Origin: Candidatus Latescibacterota bacterium
GTDB lineage: Bacteria > Krumholzibacteriota > Krumholzibacteriia > WVZY01
Direction of reading: 5' to 3'
DNA: 64,000 bases
Assembly: GCA_963791045.1 (NCBI GenBank)
Contig: CAWBQK010000017.1
Coordinates: 32,001-96,000 of the forward strand
The position numbers and the translations under genes are program-made. Position 1 is the first letter of the stretch; every line of letters starts with the position of its first letter. Of the stretch, positions 22,037 to 31,296 are shown piece after piece. The notes beneath the pieces were generated by a model. That model was given only the letters and a program-made list of their open reading frames with translations, did no database searches and had not been told where the DNA came from.

Positions 22037-22206
22037 GCCAGGCGCAAGCGATGGGGGCTTACGAACCGGGCTTTTTGGTGCGGCCTGGAAATATTGGATT
22101 CACCAAAATTGATAAGCCTGTTTGTAGGCGGTGACGCGGTTCTGGCGGCACACGTAGCGTGTGCTAGCATGGGGCGAAACTCTGACGATAACAGCAGGAG
22201 GTTGTC

Positions 22207-22950
22207 ATGCGCCGTTTGTTACTTGGTTTTCTTTTTGTAGGTGTCGTATCGATGCTTGCGTTCGCGCCGGCTCTTGCAGAGAGGGTCGTGGATCCGCAGC
22301 CTATCGATCGGGCTACGGTGACGGAAATTAACTTAGGGCCCGCCGGATATTCAGAGGCCTGCCAGGTTGGAAACTTGAATTCGCCCGCTTTCGCGTTAGG
22401 GGACTTCGCCGCCGCGCCTGAGGAATACAAGTTGGTTTTCGATCCGAAGGCAACGTGTTCAGTGTGTCCAATTGGTTTTCTTGTGAACACCGTGCATTTT
22501 CTCGTCCAGACATCCGAAGCGATGGATATGGTGTGCGCGGTGAACGTGGAAGAGGCCATTTTCCCGACGAGCCCGGATTGTCCCGAACCGGGCCAGGTTC
22601 TTTGCCAGTCGGGGTTCTTCACTGTGAACCTCCCAGGCGCGGGTCTGTGGGACATAGCGCTCCCGATCGCCTGCGAGTGCTACACGATGGAGAGAATCTA
22701 TCTCTTGAGCGTTCATTTTGACTCGTTCACGAGTGCGACCGGAGCCGTTCCCGATCTGATTACGGATGCGGGTCCGGCAACGCTTTGTACGAACTGGAAC
22801 AACTATGGTGCGGGTTGGTACGATCTCGTTTCGGCCTTCCCGACCTGGCCGGGTCAGCTGATATTTTTTGCCGATGCCGAATGCTGTACACCACCAGTAC
22901 CGGTTGAGGGCAAAACGTGGGGCGCCATAAAGGACCTCTACGATAATTAA
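22207..22950 (+). CDS. Secreted Cys-rich hypothetical protein ending in TWGAIKDLY
   Basis: AGGAGG RBS, signal peptide (APALA), C-terminal PVEGKTWGAIKDLYDN. Confidence 0.8.
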   Translation: MRRLLLGFLFVGVVSMLAFAPALAERVVDPQPIDRATVTEINLGPAGYSEACQVGNLNSPAFALGDFAAAPEEYKLVFDPKATCSVCPIGFLVNTVHFLVQTSEAMDMVCAVNVEEAIFPTSPDCPEPGQVLCQSGFFTVNLPGAGLWDIALPIACECYTMERIYLLSVHFDSFTSATGAVPDLITDAGPATLCTNWNNYGAGWYDLVSAFPTWPGQLIFFADAECCTPPVPVEGKTWGAIKDLYDN

Positions 22951-23022
22951 CGGATCACCTCGCAGCATTCCTGTGTGGCGAGGCGTGAATATTTGCGCCG
23001 GACCGACACGGGAAAAGTGAGT

Positions 23023-23058
23023 AAACGGGACCTTCGATTTTCGAAGGTCCCGTTTTTT
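23023..23058 (+). terminator. Intrinsic terminator
   Basis: AAACGGGACCTTCGA-TTT-TCGAAGGTCCCGTTT followed by a T run. Confidence 0.85.
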
Positions 23059-23198
23059 GTGGTGTGATGGGAGTGATGTCCGGACCACCGATTTCCGGAA
23101 TGCGGGGCCGAGCAGGCCATCGCTTCTGTTCGACGATTCGTCCGATATATGTTATATTTTCCCAGGTACAAGATCGACCCCGCAGCGGAAATCTATTT

Positions 23199-25958
23199 AT
23201 GGCGCCATTGAACAACCCTATATCCGACATCCCCAAATACACACACCTCAAGGTCCACTCGTCATTCAGTCTCGGTGTGGGTCTGAACACGCCCGCTGAG
23301 ATCTGCGCACACGCTCATAGAATGGGTTATGAGAGCGTTGCAATTACCGACAATGATGGCACTTATGGGTTTGTTGAGATGCACCTTGCGGCGAAGAAAT
23401 ACGGGATAAAGCCGATCTACGGAGTCGTCGTCCGTCACCATCCCGTGGCGAACAGCGGTGAAGACCAGTTCGCTTTGACGTTGATTGCGCTTTCTCCCCT
23501 CGGGCTAAAGCACATCGCCGCGCTGGCCAGTTTTTCCGCCGCGGGCCTGGAGGGTGGGGGCGCGCTCGATCTCGACGTGATGGCGCCCCACACGGATGAT
23601 GTCGTCGCTTTTGCCGGGGGGGCGGACAGTGAGATCGGACGGATGCTTTTGGAGGGGGACGAGGAGAGTGCCGGACGTGTGGCCGGCGCGTTCAAGGAAC
23701 TCTTTGCCGACCGCTTCTTTATTGAAATCCACGATCACGGCATAAGCGACGAACGAGCGCTGGCCGACAAGCTTCTCTCGATTTCCGCCGCCACGCAATC
23801 GGCGCCGCTGCTTACGCAGGAAGTCCGGTACATGGAAAAGGGAATGCGCGAAATGTACGGGACGCTTCGTGGAATCCGGCAGCCGGACGGCGAGAGGGAT
23901 TTCTTCAAGATCGACAGACGGCTTGCGGATTGGAGCATGAAGTCCGCGTTGGAGGTCAGTCAGCTTCATCCGTTTTATGAAGCGGCATACGAGAACACGC
24001 GTCTTGTTGATGAAATGATCCCCGGTGACCTTCTGGCCGGCGCGACCGAAGCGGGGAAGGCCGGGGCGCTACTCGATTCCGGAGAGGTTACGCGTGATGA
24101 TGTTCGTGATTTGTGCACCAAAGTAATCCGAAGACAGTATGAGAACTTGTCCAACACCGAGATTCTTCGTTATCAGGGCCTCCTGGACGGTGAGCTCGAC
24201 CGGGCGTTTTCAGCAGGGATCGGACCCACGCTGTATCTGTATCACCGCATCGTGGGAAGCTTGAGAGAAGCCAACGTCGAGCTTGGCCCCGCGACGGGCC
24301 TCGGTATACAGTCGTTGTGCGCGTATCTCCTCGGAATCACGCTATTCGACCCCTACCGTTACGACCAGGGCTTCGAACCGATACTCGACGCGGAGTCGAG
24401 AGAGTTCGGGGAATTCGAACTCCAGCTGACCGGCGAAACCCGCGACACCGCAATAAACACTCTTTTCGAACTCTTCGATTTTGGCTCTGTGGCCTACCTT
24501 CCCGCGATTGAGCGCGTGACACCCGCACGTGCGGTTCGGATGGTATCGAGTGTTGTCGAAGCGCCCGAGGGAGAACTTCAAGAAATCCTTCGGATCATCG
24601 GTCGTCATCCGGGCGTTTCACTAAAGAAACTCAATGAGCAGGACTGGCAGCTGGGACGGTTGTACAAACGCTCGCTGCCGGTGAGGGATCTTCTGTCGAG
24701 GGCGGCGCTTCTCGAGAACCTGCCGATTGGTTTTATCCGGTCGAGGCGGAGTATGGCTCTGTCCGCGCTGCCGCTCACCGATTTTCTCGGGCATTCGATT
24801 GACTCGGATACCGGGGACTTGTTTATCCAGGCGGGACGGGATTGCTTTCCATTCGAGAGTGTGTTCCGTCTGGACGTTTCAACGCTCAGCGCGCTTAGCG
24901 TCGCGACGGGTGCCGACGTCGAACTGCGCAAGGCGCGGATTGCCGACTACGGGTGGGATGGTTTTTCCATCAATGACGACGACGTGTGGCGCATGGTGCA
25001 GCGAGGAGATACCACCGGGGTGTTTCTTTTTGAAGGACCCGCGACGCTTCAGCAAAGGGAAAATTTCCCGCTGGGGTCGATGGCCGATCTCACGAGTTTT
25101 CTTGCGTTGATGCGGATCCGCGAGGACGACCAGTCATTGAGCGAGCGTTTCGCGGCGTTTCTCGAGGAGCCCAGTGAGCAGAGCGAAGACGACGCTCTGT
25201 TGGGACATGTTCTTCGGAGCACGCGCGGTCACGTTCTCTTCCACGAACAGATACGTGAAATCATCGAAACGCTCACTTGCGAGAGCGGACCCGACGCATG
25301 GAGAATGATGGATGAAATGCGTTCCTCGTCGCCCGCCGATTTGTCGTCGGCGAGGAAGCATTTCATGATGGGGACGGCGGAAAAGAATGTGCCCCTGGAC
25401 ACGGCGAACAAATGGTTCGAGCGGCTTTTGCATTTCGTCAACTTCACCATCAGCAGAAAACGCGTGTTCGCGGACGCGCTTCTCGTTTACAAACTGTTCT
25501 TCCAAAAAACAAAACACGAGATCGAATTCTTTGCGGCGCTTCTCAATGCAAATCTTGCCAATGAAAGCAAGCGACGTCGCTACATGGGACCCCTGCGCGA
25601 ACGGGATCTGATTCGGGAACTTGACGTGAACATAAGCGAGCCTGAATACGCCGTTGAAGACGGGCGGATTCGTGTCGGGCTGCGATCGGTAACGGGTGTG
25701 GACCGGGACATGGCCGTGAGGATTGTCAGAGCGCGCGGTCGGGGGGCGTTTCAATCTCTCGAAGATTTTATAAAGAAAGTCGGAGCGAAGCACATCGGCA
25801 GGGATGAGGTTCGCCGGATTGTCGACGCCGGCGGGTTTGATTCAGCCGGCGTGGATCGCGCGCATCTCCTCAAGGTTTTGCCGAGGCTGTATGAAAGCAG
25901 GAAACCGGTTGTTGAGGCGAGGAAGAAGGGACAGATGGAGCTTCCTTTCGACGCTTAG
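23199..25958 (+). CDS. DNA polymerase III alpha (DnaE) paralog with degenerate catalytic motifs
   Basis: PHP domain (HLKVHSSFSL, AITDN, GIKPIYG), colinear palm/thumb/fingers and HhH (IRVGLRSVTGV, FQSLEDF); no OB fold; C-terminal QMELPF. Confidence 0.85.
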   Translation: MAPLNNPISDIPKYTHLKVHSSFSLGVGLNTPAEICAHAHRMGYESVAITDNDGTYGFVEMHLAAKKYGIKPIYGVVVRHHPVANSGEDQFALTLIALSPLGLKHIAALASFSAAGLEGGGALDLDVMAPHTDDVVAFAGGADSEIGRMLLEGDEESAGRVAGAFKELFADRFFIEIHDHGISDERALADKLLSISAATQSAPLLTQEVRYMEKGMREMYGTLRGIRQPDGERDFFKIDRRLADWSMKSALEVSQLHPFYEAAYENTRLVDEMIPGDLLAGATEAGKAGALLDSGEVTRDDVRDLCTKVIRRQYENLSNTEILRYQGLLDGELDRAFSAGIGPTLYLYHRIVGSLREANVELGPATGLGIQSLCAYLLGITLFDPYRYDQGFEPILDAESREFGEFELQLTGETRDTAINTLFELFDFGSVAYLPAIERVTPARAVRMVSSVVEAPEGELQEILRIIGRHPGVSLKKLNEQDWQLGRLYKRSLPVRDLLSRAALLENLPIGFIRSRRSMALSALPLTDFLGHSIDSDTGDLFIQAGRDCFPFESVFRLDVSTLSALSVATGADVELRKARIADYGWDGFSINDDDVWRMVQRGDTTGVFLFEGPATLQQRENFPLGSMADLTSFLALMRIREDDQSLSERFAAFLEEPSEQSEDDALLGHVLRSTRGHVLFHEQIREIIETLTCESGPDAWRMMDEMRSSSPADLSSARKHFMMGTAEKNVPLDTANKWFERLLHFVNFTISRKRVFADALLVYKLFFQKTKHEIEFFAALLNANLANESKRRRYMGPLRERDLIRELDVNISEPEYAVEDGRIRVGLRSVTGVDRDMAVRIVRARGRGAFQSLEDFIKKVGAKHIGRDEVRRIVDAGGFDSAGVDRAHLLKVLPRLYESRKPVVEARKKGQMELPFDA

Positions 25959-26114
25959 AGCCTGTCGCCGGGATGTTGACCGGGAGGGGTGTTTTTTGGG
26001 AATCGGCGGGGTTAAAGTCTGACTCCTTGCTGACGCGGAAAATATTTGACTTTTCCGATCTAAGGTGTTATTTGTATGTAACTTCACAAAAATAGCTTAC
26101 TTAGATCTCTGAGC

Positions 26115-26192
26115 GTCCCCATCGTCTAGCCTGGCCTAGGACACCGCCCTTTCACGGCGGCGACAGGGGTTCAAATCCCCTTGGGGACGCCA
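26115..26192 (+). tRNA. tRNA-Glu (TTC)
   Basis: GTCCCCA/TGGGGAC stem, CCGCC-CTTTCAC-GGCGG arm, GGTTCAAATCC, CCA. Confidence 0.97.
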
Positions 26193-26306
26193 CCGTCTTC
26201 TCCAGACGTTCTTCGTCTGATTCAAACCGACTTCGGCTTTGCCAACAGGGCCTTCGCACCTACGTTTCCAGGTTCGAGCACATTCACCCTCTCAGGAGGA
26301 CTCGCC

Positions 26307-27388
26307 ATGTCGATTCTCTACTCACAAACCAGTCTCGGCCCTCTGACGCTACAAAACCATCTGGTCATGGCGACCGATGACGCGCAGCCGCGCAACCGAC
26401 AATATTCCCAACGAGCTCATGATGGAGTACTACGCGCAACGCGGCTCGGCGGGACTGATTATTGCCGAGGGTACGTCGCCCTCACCGAATGGGTTGGGTT
26501 ACCCGCGCATACCGGGAATATTCTCCCCGCCCCAGGTCGAAGGCTGGAAACGTATTACCGATGCAGTGCACGCCAAGGGCGCGAAGATGTTCATCCAGCT
26601 CATGCATTGCGGACGGATTGCTCATCCACTGAACTTGCCCGCGGGGAATCGTGTGCTGGCGCCTTCGGCCGTGGTGGCCTCGGGCGAGATGTTCACAGAT
26701 GAGGAGGGCTATGAAGCCTCATCCGGTGCCGCAGGCGATGACCGCGGAGGACATTACGGCCACGATCGCGGAGTATGCTCAGGCCGCCAAGAATGCCGTG
26801 ACAGCGGGGTTTGACGGCGTCGAGTTGCACAGCGCCAACGGCTATCTGCTGGAACAGTTCATCCGCCCGAATACGAATCAGCGCACTGATGGATATGGCG
26901 GTCCGATCGAGAACCGCGCACGTTTCGTGCTGGAAGTGGTTGAGGCGGTAATTGGTGCTATTGGCAAGGACAAGGTGGGCATCCGGCTTTCGCCATTCGG
27001 CGTGTTCAACGATATGCCGTCGTACGACGCGATGGAGACGGATTATACCTACCTGGCGCAACAACTCGACGCCAGCGGGCTGGTGTATATCCACCTGGTG
27101 GATCACTCGTCAATGGGAGCGCCGCCGGTGCCCGATGCCATAAAGGAAATGTTCCGCACGGAATTCAAGCGCACGTTGATTCTCTCCGGCGGTTACGATG
27201 CCGAGCGCGCTGAAAGCGATCTGGCCACTGGCAAATGCGATCTAATCGCCGTGGGGCGGCCGTTTCTTGCTAATCCCGACCTGGTGGATCGATGGAAAAC
27301 CGGTGCGGCTGTGAACGAGCCGGATATGGATACGTTCTACACGCCGGGACCGAAGGGCTATACCGACTACCCGGCGTTGAAGAAATAG
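26307..27388 (+). CDS. Old yellow enzyme / NemA-like alkene reductase, split by two +1 frameshifts (~26372, ~26710)
   Basis: Reconstructed MAPMTRSR, YYAQR, QLMHCGR, ELHSANGYLL, GIRLSP, GRPFLANPDL, FYTPGPKGYTDYP across three frames; AGGAGG RBS. Confidence 0.85.
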
Positions 27389-27536
27389 GGCTCGACAATG
27401 AAGGCAGCCAAATGAACAAAATGGAAGACCAATGTGCTGCCCACAAATCGGGTCTTCATGAGTTGAATGAGGACCTGAATGAGGGACCGTTCTAAGGGGA
27501 CGGGATCGAAATTGTATGCTTCCGGCGGGTGCTAGG

Positions 27537-27812
27537 TTATTTTGGTTTATTTTCCGACCGGATGCGATCGAGAGCGGCTTCGATGGGTTGCGGGTCTATA
27601 TGTCGCATGAGTGCGCCGATGTACCGAACCTGCCTTCGCCGGGCGCCATGCTTGCGTATTTTGCGTGCGAATTCAATGGCTGTCAGAAGTTCATCCGGAA
27701 GCTCCATGCTCTCAAGTTGGCTGGACGACAGGGCGACCAGTTGTTCGGCCAGGCGTTGCAGGGCTCGGTCTTCATTTTATTTTCGGGTTCTGCTTTTATA
27801 ATCCTTATCCAT
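27537..27812 (-). pseudogene. yjgA: Short YjgA/DarP (DUF615)-like gene with an in-frame TAA at codon 12; absent from the ORF track
   Basis: Manual translation MDKDYKSRTRK*NEDRALQRLAEQLVALSSSQLESMELPDELLTAIEFARKIRKHGARRRQVRYIGALMRHIDPQPIEAALDRIRSENKPK; AAGGAGG upstream. Confidence 0.7.
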
Positions 27813-28070
27813 TTTGCAGGCATCCTCCTTTCGGTGTACTCAATATCACCACCCGTTTATATTGTTCTCAAGCGACGCACTGGCGTTCTTTCTGCCGAAG
27901 CACGGACTTTCCCGCAATTCAATTGATTTTCCATCCAATCTCTTGCATCATCTATCCCTGTGTGGCAGGGCAGGTTTCATTCAGGCACGTAACAGCTAAT
28001 ATTGCAGAAGATATGAAATGATCAAGCGATATCTCAAGTGTTCTTGCCGAACCAAATTGAAAAGGAATCA

Positions 28071-29217
28071 GTGACAAACATATCAATATCAGAAGGATTG
28101 CCGCTATTTTGCTAAGGTAGCCGACGGCTTAGAAGAAGCCGGCGTGGGGGAACTAGCTGAACTCGGCGCAGAAGATGTCAGACCGGAATTCAGCGGAATT
28201 AGTTTCAAGGCGGACAAATCAACCCTGTATCGAATTAATTATCTGACCAGGTTTCTTTCACGGTGCCTTGCCCCCTTAATATCCTTCGCTTGCCATGATA
28301 CCGATACGCTGTATCAGAAGGCTAAACAGATCGAGTGGGAAGATTTTTTTGCGGAAGGCAATACCTTTGCTGTATCGGGGGATGTCTCCAACAGTGCGAT
28401 CTCGCATTCGAAGTTCGCGTCCCTGCGCCTTAAAGATGCGGTTGCCGACTATTTCAAGGAAAAAACCGGTCAGCGTCCGAATGTGTCGGTAAAAAGTCCG
28501 GATATCTTGCTGAACCTTTATATAAGGAACGATAAGGCAGTAATAAGCCTCGACACTTCCGGCGGCGCGCTTCACCGGAGAGGATACAGAGAGGAGACAG
28601 TTCCGGCACCGATGCAGGAAACCGTTGCTGCCGCGATTATCCGATACAGCGAATGGGACGGTTCTGTTCCTTTATATGATCCTTTGTGCGGTTCGGGAAC
28701 CCTTTTGTGTGAAGCGCTCATGCGGTATAGCAATATTCCTGCGGGTGTTTTCAGGAAACAATTCGGTTTTGAATTTCTGCCCGATTTTGGTGGCGCTGTC
28801 TGGAAGCAGGTAAAAAAAGAGGCCGACGGACACATTCGGGAACTGCCGGCAGGCTTGATTGCGGGCAGTGATGTGTCCGCGAAGGCTGTCAGTGCGGCGC
28901 GAACAAACTTGATGAGGCTTCATTACGGAAATAACGTAAGCGTAGGAAAGGCGGACTTCAGAAAGCTTCCCGCCCTTGAAGAGCATGTAATTGTAACCAA
29001 TCCGCCTTACGGTATTCGGTTGGGGAGAGACGAGAACCTTGAAATGTTTTATAAATATCTTGGCGATTTTCTGAAACAGAAATGCAAAGGCTCGGCCGCT
29101 TTTGTTTATTTCGGAGAACGGGAGTATATCAAAAAAATAGGGCTGAAAACATCATGGAAAAAACCGATCAAGGCCGGCGGGCTTGACGGCAGGCTGGTCA
29201 AATACGAGATGTACTGA
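28071..29217 (+). CDS. THUMP-domain rRNA m2G methyltransferase (RlmL-like); probable GTG start at 28071 with a +1 slip at ~28076
   Basis: LDTSGGALHRRGYR, APMQETVAAA, DPLCGSGT, VTNPPYG; the frame upstream of 28144 reads YQYQKDCRYFAKVADGLE. Confidence 0.88.
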
Positions 29218-29369
29218 GAACACTAAGGGGGACTGCACCTGGTATTTGAAAAACCGGGTCCAAGGATACAATCTAGACGGATATTGATAAGATTCCGAGC
29301 AAATGGCATAACAAAATGATTGAGCAGAAGCCCAAATCGGGCATTCTGCGGGCGATTGTCTGTCAGATC

Positions 29370-29679
29370 AAGCTGCGATCCGTTTTCCCTCCGCGAAGCA
29401 AGAATGTGTTGGCGTTCTGGCTCTACAGCTGGTTGACGTTCGGCAAACCGCCCTATTTGAATTTGCCGTCAAATGGTTGGGATACCTATGGTCGTGGTGG
29501 CCGCGGATATCTCGCTGGGCGGATCCGGACTCCGGGGAGTGTTTTCGGCTTGATCCCGGCGCCGGGATTAGTTTGCGTATCAAGTTCAACAAGAATACAG
29601 GCACGAAATTGAGTCTCGACTACGGTTGGGGCCGCGCAGATTCCCATTTTTTTTCCTCGGCATGACCGAGGTATTCTAG
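29370..29679 (+). pseudogene. Degraded C-terminal remnant of an Omp85/BamA-TamA-like beta-barrel gene
   Basis: Fragments in shifting frames: VLAFWLYSWLTFGKPPYLNLP..GRGGRGY, PGAGISLRIKFNK..LSLDYGWG, FLGMTEVF*. Confidence 0.5.
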
Positions 29680-29749
29680 GAACGCGAAGAAATCCGAATG
29701 TAGCTTCGGATAAGCCCCTTAAGACAGAGATAAGCAAAAGGGAAATGAT

Positions 29750-30892
29750 ATGAATCCGTATGAGCTTTCTCTCGAAGCCATCGAGCAACTGGTCCATCGT
29801 CACGGAACGCCCATCTACATCGTAAGCAAAAGTAAACTCATTGAGAATTTCCAACGGCTGGACAGGGCGCTGCCCGGAGTGAGTCTCTTCTACGCGATGA
29901 AGGCGAATCCACACGAGGAAATCCTTAAGATCCTCACCGGAATCGGGGCGGGTTTTGATGTGGCGTCGAAGGGTGAAATCCTCGCGGCGATCAAGGCCGG
30001 CGCCAACGCCAGAGATGACTTGATCTTTGCCGATACGGTGAAGGATCCCAAGCAGATTGCTTTCGCGTTCAGTATCGGACTGGATGATTTCACGTATGAC
30101 AACATGTCGGAAATCCATCAGATCGCGAAGCATGCGCCGGGATCGAACGTCCACCTCAGGATCGCTGTTTCCAATAAGGGAAGCGTGGCGCACCTCAGCA
30201 AAAAGTTTGGCGCCCAGGTCGAAGATGCCGTACCTCTTCTTCTCGCCGCTCGAGACCAGGGACTGAAGCCCCGGGGAATCAGTTTTCATGTGGGCAGTCA
30301 GTGCCTCGACGCGATGCGTTATGTGGAGGCGCTTGACTCGACCAGATACATTTTCGAGAAGGTCAAGAGGGAAGGACTGACGCTCGAAATGATCGACATC
30401 GGCGGAGGGTTTCCCGTCAAGTATATCGACGAGAACATAAACCTCGAAAAGATGTGCGGTACGATTGTCGATCACGGCGGGAAATTGTTCGGCGAGGAAG
30501 TCAAGTTTGTGGCGGAGCCGGGCCGGAGTATCGTTGGCGATGCCGTGATCCTCGTCACCAAGGTTATCTCCGAGTCGGTTCGCGAGGGAAGAAACTGGCT
30601 GTATTTTGACGACGGCACCTACGGGAGTTTTATGGAGGTGCTTCTGTACAAAATGAAATTCCCGATGAGAACCAACACGTCGGGCGATATGACGAAATAT
30701 GTGCTGGCGGGCCCCACTTGTGACTCAATCGACGTATTCTCAAGGGATGCGCAGGGCGAAGTCTGTGAGGTTGATCTGCCCGAGATGCACGTCGATGACC
30801 TGTTGATTGCGGGAAGCATGGGTGCCTACACATATTCGGAATCGACACGGTTCAATGGCTTCGACCCGCCGAAGTTTGTTTATATCGACTGA
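29750..30892 (+). CDS. Fold-type III PLP ornithine/lysine decarboxylase
   Basis: FYAMKAN, FDVASKGE, KFGA, SFHVGSQ, DIGGGFP, EPGR, GPTCDSID, MGAYT. Confidence 0.93.
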   Translation: MNPYELSLEAIEQLVHRHGTPIYIVSKSKLIENFQRLDRALPGVSLFYAMKANPHEEILKILTGIGAGFDVASKGEILAAIKAGANARDDLIFADTVKDPKQIAFAFSIGLDDFTYDNMSEIHQIAKHAPGSNVHLRIAVSNKGSVAHLSKKFGAQVEDAVPLLLAARDQGLKPRGISFHVGSQCLDAMRYVEALDSTRYIFEKVKREGLTLEMIDIGGGFPVKYIDENINLEKMCGTIVDHGGKLFGEEVKFVAEPGRSIVGDAVILVTKVISESVREGRNWLYFDDGTYGSFMEVLLYKMKFPMRTNTSGDMTKYVLAGPTCDSIDVFSRDAQGEVCEVDLPEMHVDDLLIAGSMGAYTYSESTRFNGFDPPKFVYID

Positions 30893-30980
30893 GAGCCCTT
30901 TCCAGGGCCGATATTGACACGGGTTCCGCGATTGTTTATGGTTCGAGGGGTGAGTCCGAAATTCTTAAAAGGAGAGAACA

Positions 30981-31175
30981 ATGGCTATCTACAAATGTGA
31001 CAAATGCGGGATGAGCGTCGGAACAATGACATGTGGCGAGTGTGGCAAAGAACTCGTGCACGACACGCTCGACCTGGATTCGGGCGTCAAAGTAGACATC
31101 GCCAAATGTCCGGATGGACACGGCAAGGTCAAATCACCGCAGTGTTGTGGTGAGGACATGACCTGTTCTATTTAG
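30981..31175 (+). CDS. Small Cys-rich metal-binding protein (64 aa)
   Basis: AAGGAG RBS; CDKC, CGEC, CPDGH, CCGEDM. Confidence 0.75.
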   Translation: MAIYKCDKCGMSVGTMTCGECGKELVHDTLDLDSGVKVDIAKCPDGHGKVKSPQCCGEDMTCSI

Positions 31176-31229
31176 TTAGGCGGCGATTCGCGTTATGAGA
31201 GATTGCCGGTCAGAACGAACATGACAATG

Positions 31230-31265
31230 AAAAGAGGGCCGAAGCAGCATTGCGCTTCGGCCCTC
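31230..31265 (-). terminator. Intrinsic terminator between convergent genes
   Basis: 12-bp stem GAGGGCCGAAGC/GCTTCGGCCCTC with a flanking A run. Confidence 0.7.
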
Positions 31266-31296
31266 GATGTATTTCTAGGTGGTTTTGCGTAAGACG

